Assembly: GCA_963693365.1 (NCBI GenBank)
Contig: CAVNZM010000004.1
Coordinates: 7,291,093-7,355,092 of the forward strand
Reading direction: 5' to 3'
DNA from: Amoebidium appalachense
Lineage: Eukaryota > Protista > Ichthyosporea
DNA length: 64,000 nucleotides
The notes beneath the pieces were generated by a model that was given only the letters and a program-made list of their open reading frames with translations, had not been told where the DNA came from and did not search any database. Below, in pieces: positions 14,027 through 27,793 of this stretch (the first letter of the stretch is position 1; every line of letters begins with the position of its first letter). A program made the position numbers and the translations under genes.

Positions 14027-14451
14027 AACTTCCCTTGAATCCCTTCGGTTCACCTCCCCCATCCCGCCCTCCCCCTCCCCCCCCCCCCCCCCCGTTTTCC
14101 CTCCCCTACCGCCAAACGATATATTTAGTCAGTGTTTTTGATGTGGGACTGAGGCAATGAAACACTAATGGAGTTCGTGTTCGAGTATGCACCCACCACA
14201 AGGGATGGGATACACGTGCACACACATCCATGTGTCCCCCAAAAGCCTCTGCACCGCACACGCATGGGGGGTGCGTACCTGTGTAAACAGAACAAACTCG
14301 CCCGAGCGAGCTGCTGCACACATCCACACGAGCACACGTGCACGCATATGCACACACACCACAGAGGCACGTCACAGACACACACAGACACACACCCGCA
14401 AATAAATACACACACGTGCACAGACACGCACAGACACACACCCACAAACAG

Positions 14452-14496
<45 letters not shown>

Positions 14497-14757
14497 CACA
14501 CAAACACTCCTTTTCTACCTCCACATCCAAACACAAAAGCCTTTGTTTATCTCTCTATTGTCCTTATCCGTCCCATACACCACCGTTAACCGTTTCTCCC
14601 TGTGTATAAGCACTTCGTGTTTCCCACCCAATGATTTAATTCCTTTATTAATATTAGATTCCTTTCAAAAATAGAAAGAATTCCAGACTGTAGATTCCTG
14701 AACCTAAAATGGGCAGGGGGTGGACTACGGTAAAGAGCCATTCCGGTTGGGTGGGTT

Positions 14758-14795
<38 letters not shown>

Positions 14796-15307
14796 TTCGA
14801 GTGTACATGTGTGTGTGTGTGGGGAGGGGAGGGGAGAGGGGGAGGGGAGACGTGGGGGGGGGGGGGGGGGAAGGGGAGGGGGGAGGGGGAGATGGAGGGG
14901 GGAGGGGGAGGTGACAGGCCGCGGAGGTCTCTGGGCACTTAGTTCAATACGACGGTGGTTCCCTGGCACCTGATTGGACAAAACCCGAACCGATGACGTA
15001 AGTTCATGGGAGAACGATTCGATTCAAACAACAAAAAGGGGCCGTTCATTCAGGTCCCAGACACACATCAGGTTATGGTTTTTGGGTTTGTGTTTTTATT
15101 CTCGTGAAACAATAACAAGTATTTCATTTTTAGCAATTATGTGAGCGATCTCCCTATACCAGGGGGGGGGGGGGGGGGGCTATACTGCCGTCTAGACCTA
15201 TCTCGTCCTAGGGTATGATCATGGAGCCTTGACTTTTTTCGCAAACTCAAAAATGTAGTTTCTGAAAGGAAGGGAAGGGCGGGGGGGGGGGGGGGGGGGG
15301 GGGGAGG

Positions 15308-15308
<1 letters not shown>

Positions 15309-15365
<57 letters not shown>

Positions 15366-15388
15366 TGGGATTCATGATGATCATCATG

Positions 15389-15443
<55 letters not shown>
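15309..15443. repeat. Compound (GA)n and (TA)n microsatellites
   Basis: Read directly. Confidence 0.95.
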
Positions 15444-15447
<4 letters not shown>

Positions 15448-15665
15448 GGGGAGGGGGGGGAGGGGGAGGGGGGCCGGGGGGGGGAGGGGGGGGGGGGGGC
15501 ATGCCAGGTTTACCCGTCGAGCGTAGGAATATCGGATTTTGGTGGATAAGGGAATCCCGGCAAATGAACGAAAACACATCCTCCAATATTGATTGATACT
15601 TGTGTTGGTGGATATAACGTTGGAATCGTACGTGTGTGTGACAGTGTGTGTGTACGTGTGTGTGA

Positions 15666-15735
<70 letters not shown>

Positions 15736-16229
15736 GCGTGTGCGTGTGTGTGTGTGTCGGCATGTGTGTGTGTGTGTGAAGGTGTGGAGGCGAATGTGAG
15801 GATCACTGGAATAGATAGTGAAACCAGCTGTTTAAAAAAAACGTTCCTCCGAGTGAACATGTGCCAACCATGCAGAGTTGTTGGGTTGGAAGCTAGCCCA
15901 GGAGAGGGGGGAGCGGGAAGGGGGGTTGGGGGGGGGGGGGGGGGGGGGGGAGGTAGGGGGGTGTGGAGGGAGTGGAGGGAGGGGGGGGGGGGGGGGGGGG
16001 GAGGGGGTGGGGGGAGGGCGGGGAGTTCGGCATACGTCCGTGTATTTCTCCCCCCTCCTTCCCCTTCCCTCCCCTCCCTTCCCCCCCCCCATCCCCCACC
16101 CCCCCCCCCTCCCCCACTGGGCACCCCCTCTACCCCACCTCCCAGGCAAGGTATGTGTGTACCGCCCACTTAATGGCTCCCACAAATCATTTCCTAACCT
16201 CACTCCATCGCCTTCCTCCCCCGTGCTCC

Positions 16230-16579
16230 CACGGTTGTCAGGAGCGAACGGGGGGGGAAGGGGGAGGGGGGGAGGGGGGAGGGGAGGTATGGGGAGGGAG
16301 GGGGGACGGGGACAAAGGCTCGCTTATATTGGTTTGTACATGCATGCACACTGAAACCCACGTCTGTCTGTTCGGTGGTATATGCATACACTGGTAGGTA
16401 CGGACGGTCGGGGAGGTGAAGAGCAGGGGGGAGGGGAGGGGAGGGGGAGGAAAGGGGGGAGAGGGGGTGACGGGGGAGGGGAGGGGGAGAAGGGAGAGGA
16501 GGGAGGGGGGGTCGTTTTTTTTTTGGCTGTCATGCCTGTTCTTTAGTGCAGGCATGGGGGCGTGTGGGGGCAAGAGAAG

Positions 16580-16639
<60 letters not shown>

Positions 16640-17792
16640 CACACACAAACACAGACACACAAACACACACACACACACACACATACACACACGCACACGC
16701 ACACGCACACACACACACACACATACACACGCCAGCATTTCATACTGAGAGAGGGTTGAGTAGGGTTCTAAGCTCTCGTGTTCTGTCTCGGTTGGAGAAA
16801 GGGTGTGTGTGTATGTTGAGGGGAGAGGGGGGAGGGGGGGAGGGGGGAGGGGGGATAGGGCTTTGATCTCGACTCGAGAAGGAAGGAGAAAGCTCTCAGT
16901 GTTTCAATCATAAAAAAGCAAAGATAAAAACGGGGGGGAGGAGGGGGGGGGGGGGGGGGAGGGGGGGGGGGGGGGGATGAGGGGGCGGGAGGAAGTGGGT
17001 ATGTGTGTGGAGGGAGGAAAAGGGGTACAGGGGGGTCAAGGGGGGGGGGGGGGGGGATGGGGGATAAGAACGGGGGTTGGAGTTGGGAAAGAGATGGGAC
17101 GGGGGGGAAGCAAGGAGGGGATGGTGTAAAAAGTAAAAAAAAAAGAAAGAAAAAAAAAAAAAGCGAGGGTAGTTGAATTTCACAGAGTCTAAGATGCATA
17201 ATTGCCATATATAGGCAGGATGGCGACAACATGTGCATCAATACCATATATGGGTAGAATGACTACCTCCGGGCGTTAATACCATTGGTAACACGACAAT
17301 CCCATATCATTATCGGATAGAATTACAACGTTTTGGCGTCAATGCTATATATGGTTAAAATCGGACATCCATATCATATATGGGCGACATGGCGACATAA
17401 TGAGCGTCAATACCACATATGTGTCGCATAACCACATTAAACGCTCATACTCTATTTGTAGCATAGCCGCATCTGGGCTTTAATATCATTATGGGTAACA
17501 TGACGACTTTCGGGCATCCAAACCATATATGGATAATATGACCATGAAAATTGTTTGACCACCAGATTTTGTCAGAGGGAGGGGAGGGAGGGGGTGGGGT
17601 GGGGTGGAGGGGAGGGGGAGGGGGGCTTTTATTGGTTCACAAGCACACATGCGCCACGTCTGTCTGCTAAGTGGGATATACATTCGGTGGCAGGTCCCGG
17701 CGGTCGGGGAGGGGAAGAACGGGGGGGGAGGGGGGGGGGGGGGGGGGGACAGGGGGAGGGGAGGGCAAGGGAGGGGGGGGCACAGGCACAAA

Positions 17793-17831
<39 letters not shown>

Positions 17832-18323
17832 ATACACACACACACATGCGCGCACACGCACACACACACACACAGAGTTTGTGCTGAGAGAGGGTTGAAT
17901 AGGTTCTCAAGTGCTTGTCTCGTTTTCGCTCCTTGGTGGGAGGAAGTGTGGTATGTGTGTATGGGTGTTGAAGGGGGGGGGGGAGAGAGGGGGGGGGGGG
18001 AGGGGGGGGGGGGGGAGGGGGGAGGGGGGAAGGGGGAAACGGGTGATTTTGGACCCGAGGCTCAAGAAGGAACGAGAAAGCTCTCCTTGTTTCAATTTCT
18101 AACCTGCGACAACATGGGGGGGGGGGGGGGGGGGAAGAAGTGTGTGCATGTGGATGGAGGAGAAGGAATACAAAGGGGGTCAAGAGTGGGGTGGAGGCTG
18201 GGAGGGGAGGGGGGGGGGGGGGGGGGGGATGGGAGGTAACAAGGACGGGTACAGGGGGGCAAGAGAGAGAGAGAGCGAGAGGGGGGGGGGGGGGGGGGGA
18301 TGGGGGTGGGGGGGTGGGTGGGG

Positions 18324-18354
<31 letters not shown>

Positions 18355-18860
18355 GGGAGGTGGAGGCCCCAGGAGTAAGAACGTGGGCAGTGATGTGAAC
18401 AGTGACTGTTTGTGACCGAAAAAACGGTTACATTGCCATATTTGGGCAACATGACGACATTGATGGTAGCGTGACTGCTTTGAGCGTTATTACCATATTT
18501 GGGTAACAATACCACATTTGGTTGTTATTACCATGCATGGGTAGCGTGATTTTTGATCATTTTTTCCACGATATGGACATCGAATCCATACATATATGGA
18601 TACCACGACAAACAATTCCATGTTTAGATAACATGGCAATATGGGAGTTTTAGCACTCGGTTATGGGGGAGAATAACCGGGTTTGGGTGTCGATGCCATG
18701 TTCAGATAACATGACAATATTATTCTGGTGTTTGGCAATGTTATATATGGGTAATATGACCACTCCTGGGCATCAGTACCATATGGGGATTGCATAACCT
18801 GATTTGGGCATCATTATATGCCGGTAAAGATGGCACCAAACTCGATGCCCATGATTCGAT
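16230..18860. repeat. Old ~1.3-kb tandem duplication; each unit ends in a degenerate ~38-bp minisatellite
   Basis: Shared blocks in the same order in ~16230-17550 and ~17560-18860: CCACGTCTGTCTG, CGGTCGGGGAGG, (CA)n, CTGAGAGAGGGTTGA, GAGAAAGCTCTC..TGTTTCAAT. Both end in arrays resembling ATACCATATATGGGTAACATGACGAC. Confidence 0.7.
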
Positions 18861-19782
18861 ACGGCACTACCACATTAAAGAAGGACGTTTCTTTTAGGTC
18901 GATGTATTGGCTACTTTCGGGTCAGGCTAAACCACAGTGTGATGCGTACCCGGCCAATCGTATTGCATAATTTCAGTTCGGGTCTGAACCGACCCGGGGT
19001 CCGAAAAGAAATTGTTCCTTTAAAAGACACGCTTACCAATATACACGAGTTACCATCAATGACATATATGGTGACTCACAATTACCCAGCCGGATTAGGC
19101 TAGCTAAGGGGCTTGTAGAACGACCGTGTAATTTCCATTTGCCAATGGACTACGGAACATAAAAAGGTGGCACGAGCAGAGGCCGGCTTGGCAGTCTTCC
19201 GGGAGAGAGGTGGGGGGAGAGGGGAGGGTTAATCAACGGGGTAGAGGGGGGGAGGGGGGGGGGGGGGGGGGGAGAGAAGGAGAGAAGGGGGATGGGGAGG
19301 TACCCGGGGGGAGGGAGGGGGGAGGGAGGAGGAGGAGGGGAGGGGGGGGGGGGGGGGGAGGGGGGGGAGGGGGAACTCAATCTCTTTTACTATTATCATG
19401 TTTTTATAGCACCGGTGAGTACAGAACAGGGCAGCTATATATTCAAAATTCTATTGGGCATGGGGCCGAGCCGTGAGAAGCGTACATGTCGACTTATCAC
19501 GTGCAAAAAGTCGTGTGGTTTGGCTCTACCATGGTGTGGTTTTGTGTGCATGTATGTGTGCAGTGTGTGCGGGGGGAGGGGGGGTGGGGGGTGGGGAGGG
19601 GGGGTGGGGAGGGGGGTGGATGTGTGTTTTTGTGTGTTTATATGTTTATGTGTGTGTGTGCGTGTGCGTGTGCGTGTGGGTATGTGAGTGGGTGGGTGGG
19701 TGGGTGGGCCAGTGGGTGGGTGGGTGGGTGACATTGTGTTCTGTGTGTGTGACTGTGTGTGTGTGTGTGCGTGTGACTGTGT

Positions 19783-19820
<38 letters not shown>

Positions 19821-19884
19821 GTGTGCGTGTGTGTGTATGTGTGTGTGTGTGTGTGTGTGCGTGCGTGTGTGAGTGCGCATGCAC

Positions 19885-19939
<55 letters not shown>

Positions 19940-20247
19940 CGCATGCGCGTGCGTATGTCTCGGTCTCGACGGACATGATCGTGGGGGGAGAGGCGGCGCG
20001 AGGGGGGGGGAGGGGGAGGGGCGGAAGGAGGGAGGGAGGGGGGGGGGGGAGGGCAAATACTGCAATGAAACGTTATACTGTGATCGTGTTGATATAGCAT
20101 GTCAGTATCATAACTTACTTGCATATCTAAAGCAACATGCGGATTAATAAACACTAGGCACATCATAACAACCACAATACAAGTTCAATATTTCTGAAGG
20201 GGAGGGGAGGGGAGGAGGGGAGGCCCCGTGTTGGGGGATGGGTGGGT

Positions 20248-20284
<37 letters not shown>

Positions 20285-20869
20285 GGGGAGTGGGCGTAGG
20301 CCGCCGGGGCGGCGGCAGGGGGCGGGGGGCGGGGGGAGGGGGGGGGGGGGGGGGGGGGATTGCCGGGAGGAGGTGGGGGGGGGGGAGGGGGCGGGGAGTA
20401 GGTGGGGTCACTTTGTACGTTTGAGAACGGTTGATAGAAAAACAAGACAGATGATATGATTGGCTGAGAGAAACCAACTTGCGAGGTATTTTGAGATATG
20501 ATTCGTAAATGGTGGGCGGGGGTTGCATAATTTAATTTTTAAACCCCCCCAGAGCATAATCTTGCTATGGGATTCCTCCCCTCTCCTACCCGCCTGCGCA
20601 CAAATGCATCATGGCGAACCCTCACGTCACCTCACTCCCCGCCTTCCCTCTCCCCCCCCCCCCCCTCCCCCCCCCCCCCTGCCACCCCATCCACGCACAC
20701 ACACACGCACGCACCATTTGAGGGTGATGCATGATTCTGGGAGCGGGAACAGAAGAAATAGATACAAATTTAGCTTACCCCGCCTCCCCTCCCCTTCCGC
20801 CCCCCTACCTCCCCTGCCCCCCTTCCCCACCCCCCCTCGCCCCCCCCCCCAAAAAAAAAGAAAAAAAAA

Positions 20870-21150
20870 TAAACTCCAAAAAATTGAAAATAAAAAAAAA
20901 CAAAAAAGTGAGCTCGTAAGTGTATTCAAACTTGAATTGAACTGAGCCCTTCTTCCCCCCCCCCCCCCCTCCCCCCCCCCCCCCCCCCCCCACCACCAGC
21001 CACCACCACCACATTCCCATCCCCCCCCCCCCCCCCAAAAAAAAAAAAAAAAAAAAAAAAAAACCTCCGAAAAATGAAAATAAAAATAAAACAAAAAAGT
21101 GAGCTCGTAACTGTCTTCGAACTTAAATTGAACTGAGCCCCTCTTCCCCC
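20870..21150. repeat. ~190-bp period tandem duplication
   Basis: AAAAAGTGAGCTCGTAA(G/C)TGT(A/C)TTC(A/G)AACTT(G/A)AATTGAACTGAGCCC occurs at ~20904 and ~21094. Confidence 0.8.
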
Positions 21151-21269
21151 CTTTCCCCCCCCCCCCCCCCCCCCTCCTCCCCCCCGGAGGTCACCTCCTT
21201 CCTTCCGCACCTTGCCATTCCCTCCCCTCTCCCCCCCTCCTTCCCCTTCTCTTCCTTCCACGCTGCTCT

Positions 21270-21300
<31 letters not shown>

Positions 21301-21704
21301 CCCCCTCCACACACACACACACAGGCCCCTTTCGTCCTCCTTGACTGACTCCCTCCCCCCTCCCCCCGTCCCCACCCCCTCCCCCCAAAAGTCCGTGAGG
21401 GGCGGGAAGGGGGATTCTATGTCCAAATCGACCCCCCTCCCCCCGTTCCCCCCCCCCCCCCCCCTCCCCCACACACACACCAACACGGCCTATAGTTTTG
21501 ACACACCCTTGTTATGAGGCCGTAAAGCCTTCGAGCCGTCAAGATGATCGGGTGTGATCTCAGATAGAGGTTAGAGTGTCGCGCAGGGTACACATGCTGT
21601 TTCCTTCCTCCAATTGCTTTTCTTTTCCTTTCTCTTCTCTTTTTTTCTTTTCTTTTCTTTTCTTTTCTTCACAACTTTCTTTCTTTCTTTCTCTATTTCT
21701 TTCT

Positions 21705-21737
<33 letters not shown>

Positions 21738-22889
21738 TTTTTTTTTTTTTTTGCCCCTGGTGGAGAGGGAGAGGTGGGGGGGGAGACCCGGGGGTAAAAC
21801 AGTGAGACGTACGACTGGGCATCTCAGAAGGACGAGAGGGGGGGGGGGGGGGGGGGTCCTCCAAAAAAAAGAAAGAAAAGAAGAGAAGAGAAAGAAAGAA
21901 ATTGAATAAACGAATAAAGCTTTGAAGACAAGGCAGCGGGGAGGGAGGAGGGGCGGCGGGAGGAGGAGGGGAGGGAGGGGGGGAGGGAGGGGGGGAGGGG
22001 GGGAAGGGGGTGTGGGAGAAGAAGGGGGGGGGGAGGGGGGGGGTGGGTTTGAAGTGGTTGCACTGATATATTGCTACAGAGCAACAAGCAAGCGACTTTA
22101 CAAACCTTGTACTCGCAGTAAGAAATCCTTTTATATGCACAGTATATCATGATAAAGTGATGTATATATCCTATGATAGTATATATATACATATATCCTT
22201 GCGTGCAAGGATAGTATTATAGTTACATATATCACACGCACACACACATATAATGAACCCTGCTTCGATCGGGGCATCATACAGGGTTAAGAATCATGAT
22301 ATGAAGTACAATTGCCATAGACACAACGAGATGGTTGCTGAGGTAGCTTCACCGGATATCCAACGAGATAAGAAATCCCGCTGGCAGGGGGGTTAGTAGG
22401 TCCGTATACATCCCCCCTCTTTCCGGTGGGGCTGGGGAGCAGGGGCTGTGTGCATGGGGGAACTGAGGGTAGGAGGAGAAGGGGAGGAGGGGGGCAGAAA
22501 GAGAGAGGGGGGGAAGGGGGTGGAAGGGGGGTGGGTTCCCAGGTGCATCTTGGCCCCCACTGCTACTCTCCCCCCCCCCTCCCCCCCTTCTCCCCCTCTG
22601 TCCGAAAAGAATTTCTACTGCCTCTGGTACCAGGAGTCACGTTTGGTCTGTACCGGGGCCTCTTCTCCCCCCCCCCCCCCCCCCCCCCCCTCCCTCCCCC
22701 CCACACACACACCCCACCCCCACCCCCCTCCGCTCCCCCCTCCCTCCCTCCCCCCTCCCCTCCCCTCCCCCTCCACCAAAAAAAAAAAAAACACACACAC
22801 ACTGGAACACAGTTCTGCAGTAGATACTTTCAAATAGTATGAAGTTGAAACGTGTGAAACGGGCATGAATGTATGTTTTTGTGTGTGTG

Positions 22890-22920
<31 letters not shown>

Positions 22921-22942
22921 AGGAGGGTGGGGGGTGGGGGTG

Positions 22943-22987
<45 letters not shown>

Positions 22988-23519
22988 GGGAGAGACACAC
23001 TGTCAGACTGAAAATCATTGACACATAGTAGAACTAGTGTGACTGGATAGGGGAGATTATGAGACTTGGAACTTTGAGAAATTCAGAGGAATTACGGCTG
23101 GAAAAGGAAAGTGGTAAAAAAGAAAACTTCACCTCGCCAATGAACGGAGTGGTTAAGAAGGGGGGAGGGGGGGGGGAGGGGGGGGGGGGGGGGGGGGGGA
23201 TCTATTAAGACGCTTCTAACAAAAATAGTGATTGATCAATTGTTTGTAGATATACTATGCAAACCCGATGTAGGAGGAATGTAGGGACGAGCCGGAAGGA
23301 TTAATAAATCAATATTCAAAGAAGTGGAACCATTCGGAAGGCCATTGGAACGGGCAACTTTAATCTATTCAATAGTAATGCACGGGGTTGGCTATTTTGC
23401 TTTTTGTTTTTTGTTTTTTTGTATTTGTATTTTTTTTATTTTTATTTTTTCTTTTGGGAGGGGGGGGGGGGGGGGGGAAGGGGGGAGGTTCATGAATAAT
23501 ACTGGGGGAGGGAGGAGGA

Positions 23520-23554
<35 letters not shown>

Positions 23555-23949
23555 CTCCCGGAGGAGGGGCTAGCTAGTGGCTACAAAACTTTGCTAATAA
23601 TTGACTCGGCGATGATACATAGTGCACTTTCACATGGCTCTGGGATGTAGGAGAAATACGGAAGTGGAAGAGCTGCCCCCCCCCCCCGGACCCCCCCGTT
23701 TATATATAGACAAATAGCATAATCTTGCTTTCAGGATGGTAGAAATACACCCCATGGATAGCCACAAGGACAAAGGGAAATAATAATATTAATCTCATAA
23801 ATTTTTTTTGTGACGAATTAATTATAAGGGATCTGGATTCGAAAGTCATTCACATCTGAAAGGTAATGGTGGATGCAGAATGATGGATGTTGGCAATAGG
23901 GGGCACAGGGGGTTAAAAAAAAAACAAAAAACAAAAAAAAAGAAAACGG

Positions 23950-24007
<58 letters not shown>

Positions 24008-24190
24008 TCTACATACTTAGACACTGGCAACCATATGCATCGATCTTCCGGGCATTTACTTTAAGCGAATGGGAGTAATGTAATACAGTATGTAGGGATG
24101 CTATATGGAAGTACACCAAAGATCTAAAGGACTGTAATAGAAGACCAATCATACAGGAAAACTGAATTTATTACACTGGGTTGGCTTTTG

Positions 24191-24230
<40 letters not shown>

Positions 24231-25359
24231 GGAGGAAACACGGGGGGATCCGAGGGGGGGGGGGGGGGGTATGGGAGATCTGGGGAGAGGGTACTGTATA
24301 TGTATTAGAACAGTCCCAAAACAGCCTGAGGCGATGCTCGTACAGTTAAGTCATGAAACACATGTCCTTACGACGCAAGGATACTACCTACATAACTGGA
24401 TAAAAGGGAGAGTTGTAGTTTTAGGGTATATATTATAAAATTAATATGATGGGGTTGAATACAAGGAGGTGGAACCCGGCGGGGGCAAGATTTTGAAGGG
24501 GGTTGAGGATTGTAATATTAGAGATAGTATTCGTTCAAAGCATTATCCATCATTCGGCCGGTCGGAGAACTTTCATGACTGTCATCATGGCATATGTATC
24601 CTCCCCCCGGACAGTATATATGTACGCGCATGCATATGTACAATTTATTCCTCATCTCGTCTCAGCAAGATCTGCCTTGAGAGCACAGGACCAACAATCA
24701 ATCAGCAGCCTGCTTGCAATTGGCGCTTCCCCACTTTAGCACCTTTTTCTTTGTAAGAGGCTTTCTTCTCTCCTCCCGGCCCTTCTCCCGTTGAGGTGCG
24801 TGACGTGGGGGGCAGGGAAGGGGGGGGGGAAGAATTTAGCCATGGCCACAAGAACACTGTGCATGTGCAAACTTTTTACGCAGGCGCTGTTATTGCCGGA
24901 AGGAAACCCCCAAACCTACCAGAGCCAGTCAGCGCAACAGCAGTGGCAGTGGGGAGAAGACAGCTGCCAGTACCACCTCTTTGGGTAATCATCAGCCGGT
25001 ATGTAGGTAACATTACGTGGTTGGCAACCATGCCACCAGGCCCTAGCACAGGGCATTAGTCGATTACATTATTATAAGATAACAATCATCACATGTCACT
25101 GCACGGAAGAAGTCCCGCTTCATCAGGTCAAATTTTAAACCAAAGGAACGGTGTCCTCTTAAAGGCGTAAGAATGAAAGAGGTTATACAGCGTTACGTAT
25201 ACACCACCACTACCCCTCTCTTACAGCAACTTCCTCCAGCCATTATGTTCTTACTTCCCAACACTTTCACGTTGCATGAATGAGCACCCATATACATATG
25301 GCGCTCTAGGAAGAAAACACACATATATGGTGCTCCTCCAATCATCCAATTTGACTTAT

Positions 25360-27096
25360 CTAGGCCTTGACGGCGTTTGCTACGGCATCAGCAGCCTGTG
25401 TGGCCGAGGCCTGGACGCTTGCAGTTGCGTCCGTGGCTGCCTGCTGCACCTGCGCAGTGGCAGTGTTAACGGCCGCCTGTGCCTGCTGTGCTGCCTCAGC
25501 AACGGGTGCAGGTGTGGCTGCCGCAGGGGCAGGGGCAGGGGCGGGAGCCGCCGCTGCCACTGCAGGTGCGGGGGCAGGTGCTGCAGCGGGTGCCGGAGCC
25601 GGGGCGGGCGCGGCAGCTGCCGGGGCTGGGGCAGGTGCGGGAGCGGCGGCGGCGGGTGTGGCCTGTGCATATATATAGTTAAAGGATGGGTTAGTTATTT
25701 GGCAGTGAGGGGTGGGTGGGACGTCTTGGCGGGAAGGGAAAATTGAAGGAGACGGCCCGGGGGTGGGGGTGGGAGGGGAGGATGAAGGAACGGGCTCACT
25801 GAGCTCAGACTACGAGTTGAGCTGAAAGGTACAGAAAATGAGGAAGTGGGGGGAAACCGGGGGGGAGGGGGAGTCTAGGGAGGGAAAGAAGCTATCCTGA
25901 ACCATCACGAAGCAAGCGGTGGGACTAAAGTCATCAAGCTAGCGGGTTCCCAACTGGCTAGACGTAGCACTGCCTAGCCTACGTCTTGGCAGAGGCAAAG
26001 AGTGAAGGGAGCAGGTTAGGTGTCCGGGCAGCGGAGAGGATATGCCACAAAGTGCAAAGTAGCAAGGTGTCGAATGAAGCGTTGGCGGAGTGTGCGAGTG
26101 TGCAGCTGTGTGTGTGGTCGAGAAGAGGGGGAGAACGGGAAGAGGGGAGGAAAGAGTTTGAATTGCACGTACAGGCTTGTTTCCACCAGTGATGGTCGTC
26201 TGGGCGGTGGTGGCGGCAACCTCGGCACCGTGTTTGATTGACTCGGTGGCCAGAGCAAGAATGTTGCTCTTGTCCCCCTTGCTGGCAGTCTCCTCTGCAG
26301 CTGCGGCACCAGCGGAAAGGGCAGCAGTGGCAGCGCTCTTGATTGAGTCGGGGATCTCGATGCCGCCAATAACGGTCTTGTGCTCACCTGCGGGGGCTGC
26401 TGCTGAGGGAAAGGGTCAGGGCAGAATGAGTAAACGAGTATATGAGGTGTGTGGTGGCGGGTGGAGGGGAAGAGGGGGGGGAGGAGGGGAGGGAGTTGGA
26501 AGGGGAGGATGAAGGTGGAGGGAGCGGTAGGGATAGAAAAAGAAATAAGTTGGGCGGAGACTGCTTGTGCGGGTGGGCTGGGAGGCCGGGAGATAAGAGA
26601 GGGAAGGAGGAGGAGGGAGCCCGGTGGGGAGGGGGAGCTGCAGAGGGTAGGAGGGCATTGGGTTCAGGGGACAACAGATGGGAGGCCAGGCTGGACGCCC
26701 TTGAGTCCTCGATAGTTGTTGAGGGGTGGGGGGAGGGAGGGGGGGGGTGGGGGGGGGAGATAACAGAATTTCACTTTGTTCCCGCAGATCTATTTTGGTG
26801 AACGTGGTAAGAGAGGGACAGGAGGAGGGAAGAGAGAAGGGGAAGAAACAAGTGAAGCAGGAGAGATAAGCGTACAGGCACAAAACTAGCCTCAAACACG
26901 TACACACGAGCAAACTCCGCCTACTTCACAAAGAACTTCCACTCAGCCAGCAAGTTCGACTGGGGCACGTGCACGTACCAGCACCGGCTGCCTGGCCCTC
27001 AGCGGGCTTGGAGCCACCCAGGGCGCTGCCCAGAGAGGAGAGCATGCCGCCAAAGTTGAAGCCACCAGAGGGCTTGGGCTGCTGCTGTTCGGCCAT
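25360..27096 (-). CDS. 216-aa Ala/Pro-rich low-complexity protein of unknown function (3 coding exons)
   Basis: Exons 27096-26979, 26402-26173 and 25662-25360 have GT-AG sites and consistent phases (118+230+303 nt). Protein: MAEQQQPKPSGGFNFGGMLSSLGSALGG...EHKTVIGGIEIPDSIKSAATAA...(AP)n...AQQAQAAVNTATAQVQQAATDATASVQASATQAADAVANAVKA*. ATG context is CAAAATGG. Confidence 0.85.
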
Positions 27097-27756
27097 TTTG
27101 TGGGTTGGGTGTGGGGCTGGAGGGGAGAAAGGGGGAGGGGGAGACGGTTGGTTGTGAGAATCTTGACAGGGGTAAGATGAAGATGCTTACCATGAGAGTC
27201 TAAGAAAAAGGGTAGCTATAGTATCGAAGAGGGAGGTGAATAAGGGGAGAAAGAAAAATAGGAATGATACCAGTAACGGGGATGAGGGGGAGGAGGAGGA
27301 GGAGGAGGAGGAGGAGGCAGGGGAAGAGAGAGAAAGAGGGGGAGGTGGGAGGGGGTGGGAGGGGGGTCAAGTGAAGAAGCATCAGATAGGGTTCATAAAG
27401 CATGTGTATTAGATACTGCGCCAGGGGATGAGAAACGTAGATAACGCTCGCAGGAAAAAAGAACCACAAGGGACAAATGCCCACCAAAGAACGATCAGGA
27501 TAAGCAGTGAGAAAACGGGGTCCGAAGCGGTGGGTGTTCAGGTGACAACCGACTAGAAAGTGAGAAACCGTGGAGGGGCTCTCTTCACAAGGAAGCAGTT
27601 GTGTGGCGTGTTTATGCGTGTGCTCGAGCGCAGGGAAGAAAGGGGAGGCCCGAAAAAAATGGGAATGGATAACTGAGAATGCTGAAGGTTCAAGTAGGGG
27701 AAGAGATCTAGAACACCTACCACGAAAACTGTAGTTGGAGAGGGTAGAAACGTGAA

Positions 27757-27793
27757 AACTGACGACGGAATTTCCCGGACGCTCGATTTTATA
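27757..27793 (-). promoter_or_regulatory. TATAAAA plus initiator-like TCAGTT (predicted TSS 27760) of the Ala/Pro gene, followed by a 5'UTR exon 27760-27721 and intron 27720-27117
   Basis: TATAAAA at 27793-27787, TCAGTT at 27762-27757, GTAGGT donor at 27720, and pyrimidine-rich CAG acceptor at 27117, 20 nt before the ATG. Confidence 0.65.

Noticed and set aside
17200-18860. CRISPR-like array or repeat-protein CDS
   Set aside because: The repeats are degenerate and contiguous without unique spacers, no cas genes are present, and no frame is maintained.
27191-27193. ATG|GTAAGC micro-exon as the start of the Ala/Pro gene
   Set aside because: Splicing to 27116 is out of frame with the CDS, and ATG 27096 has good context. 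It may still be an alternative donor.
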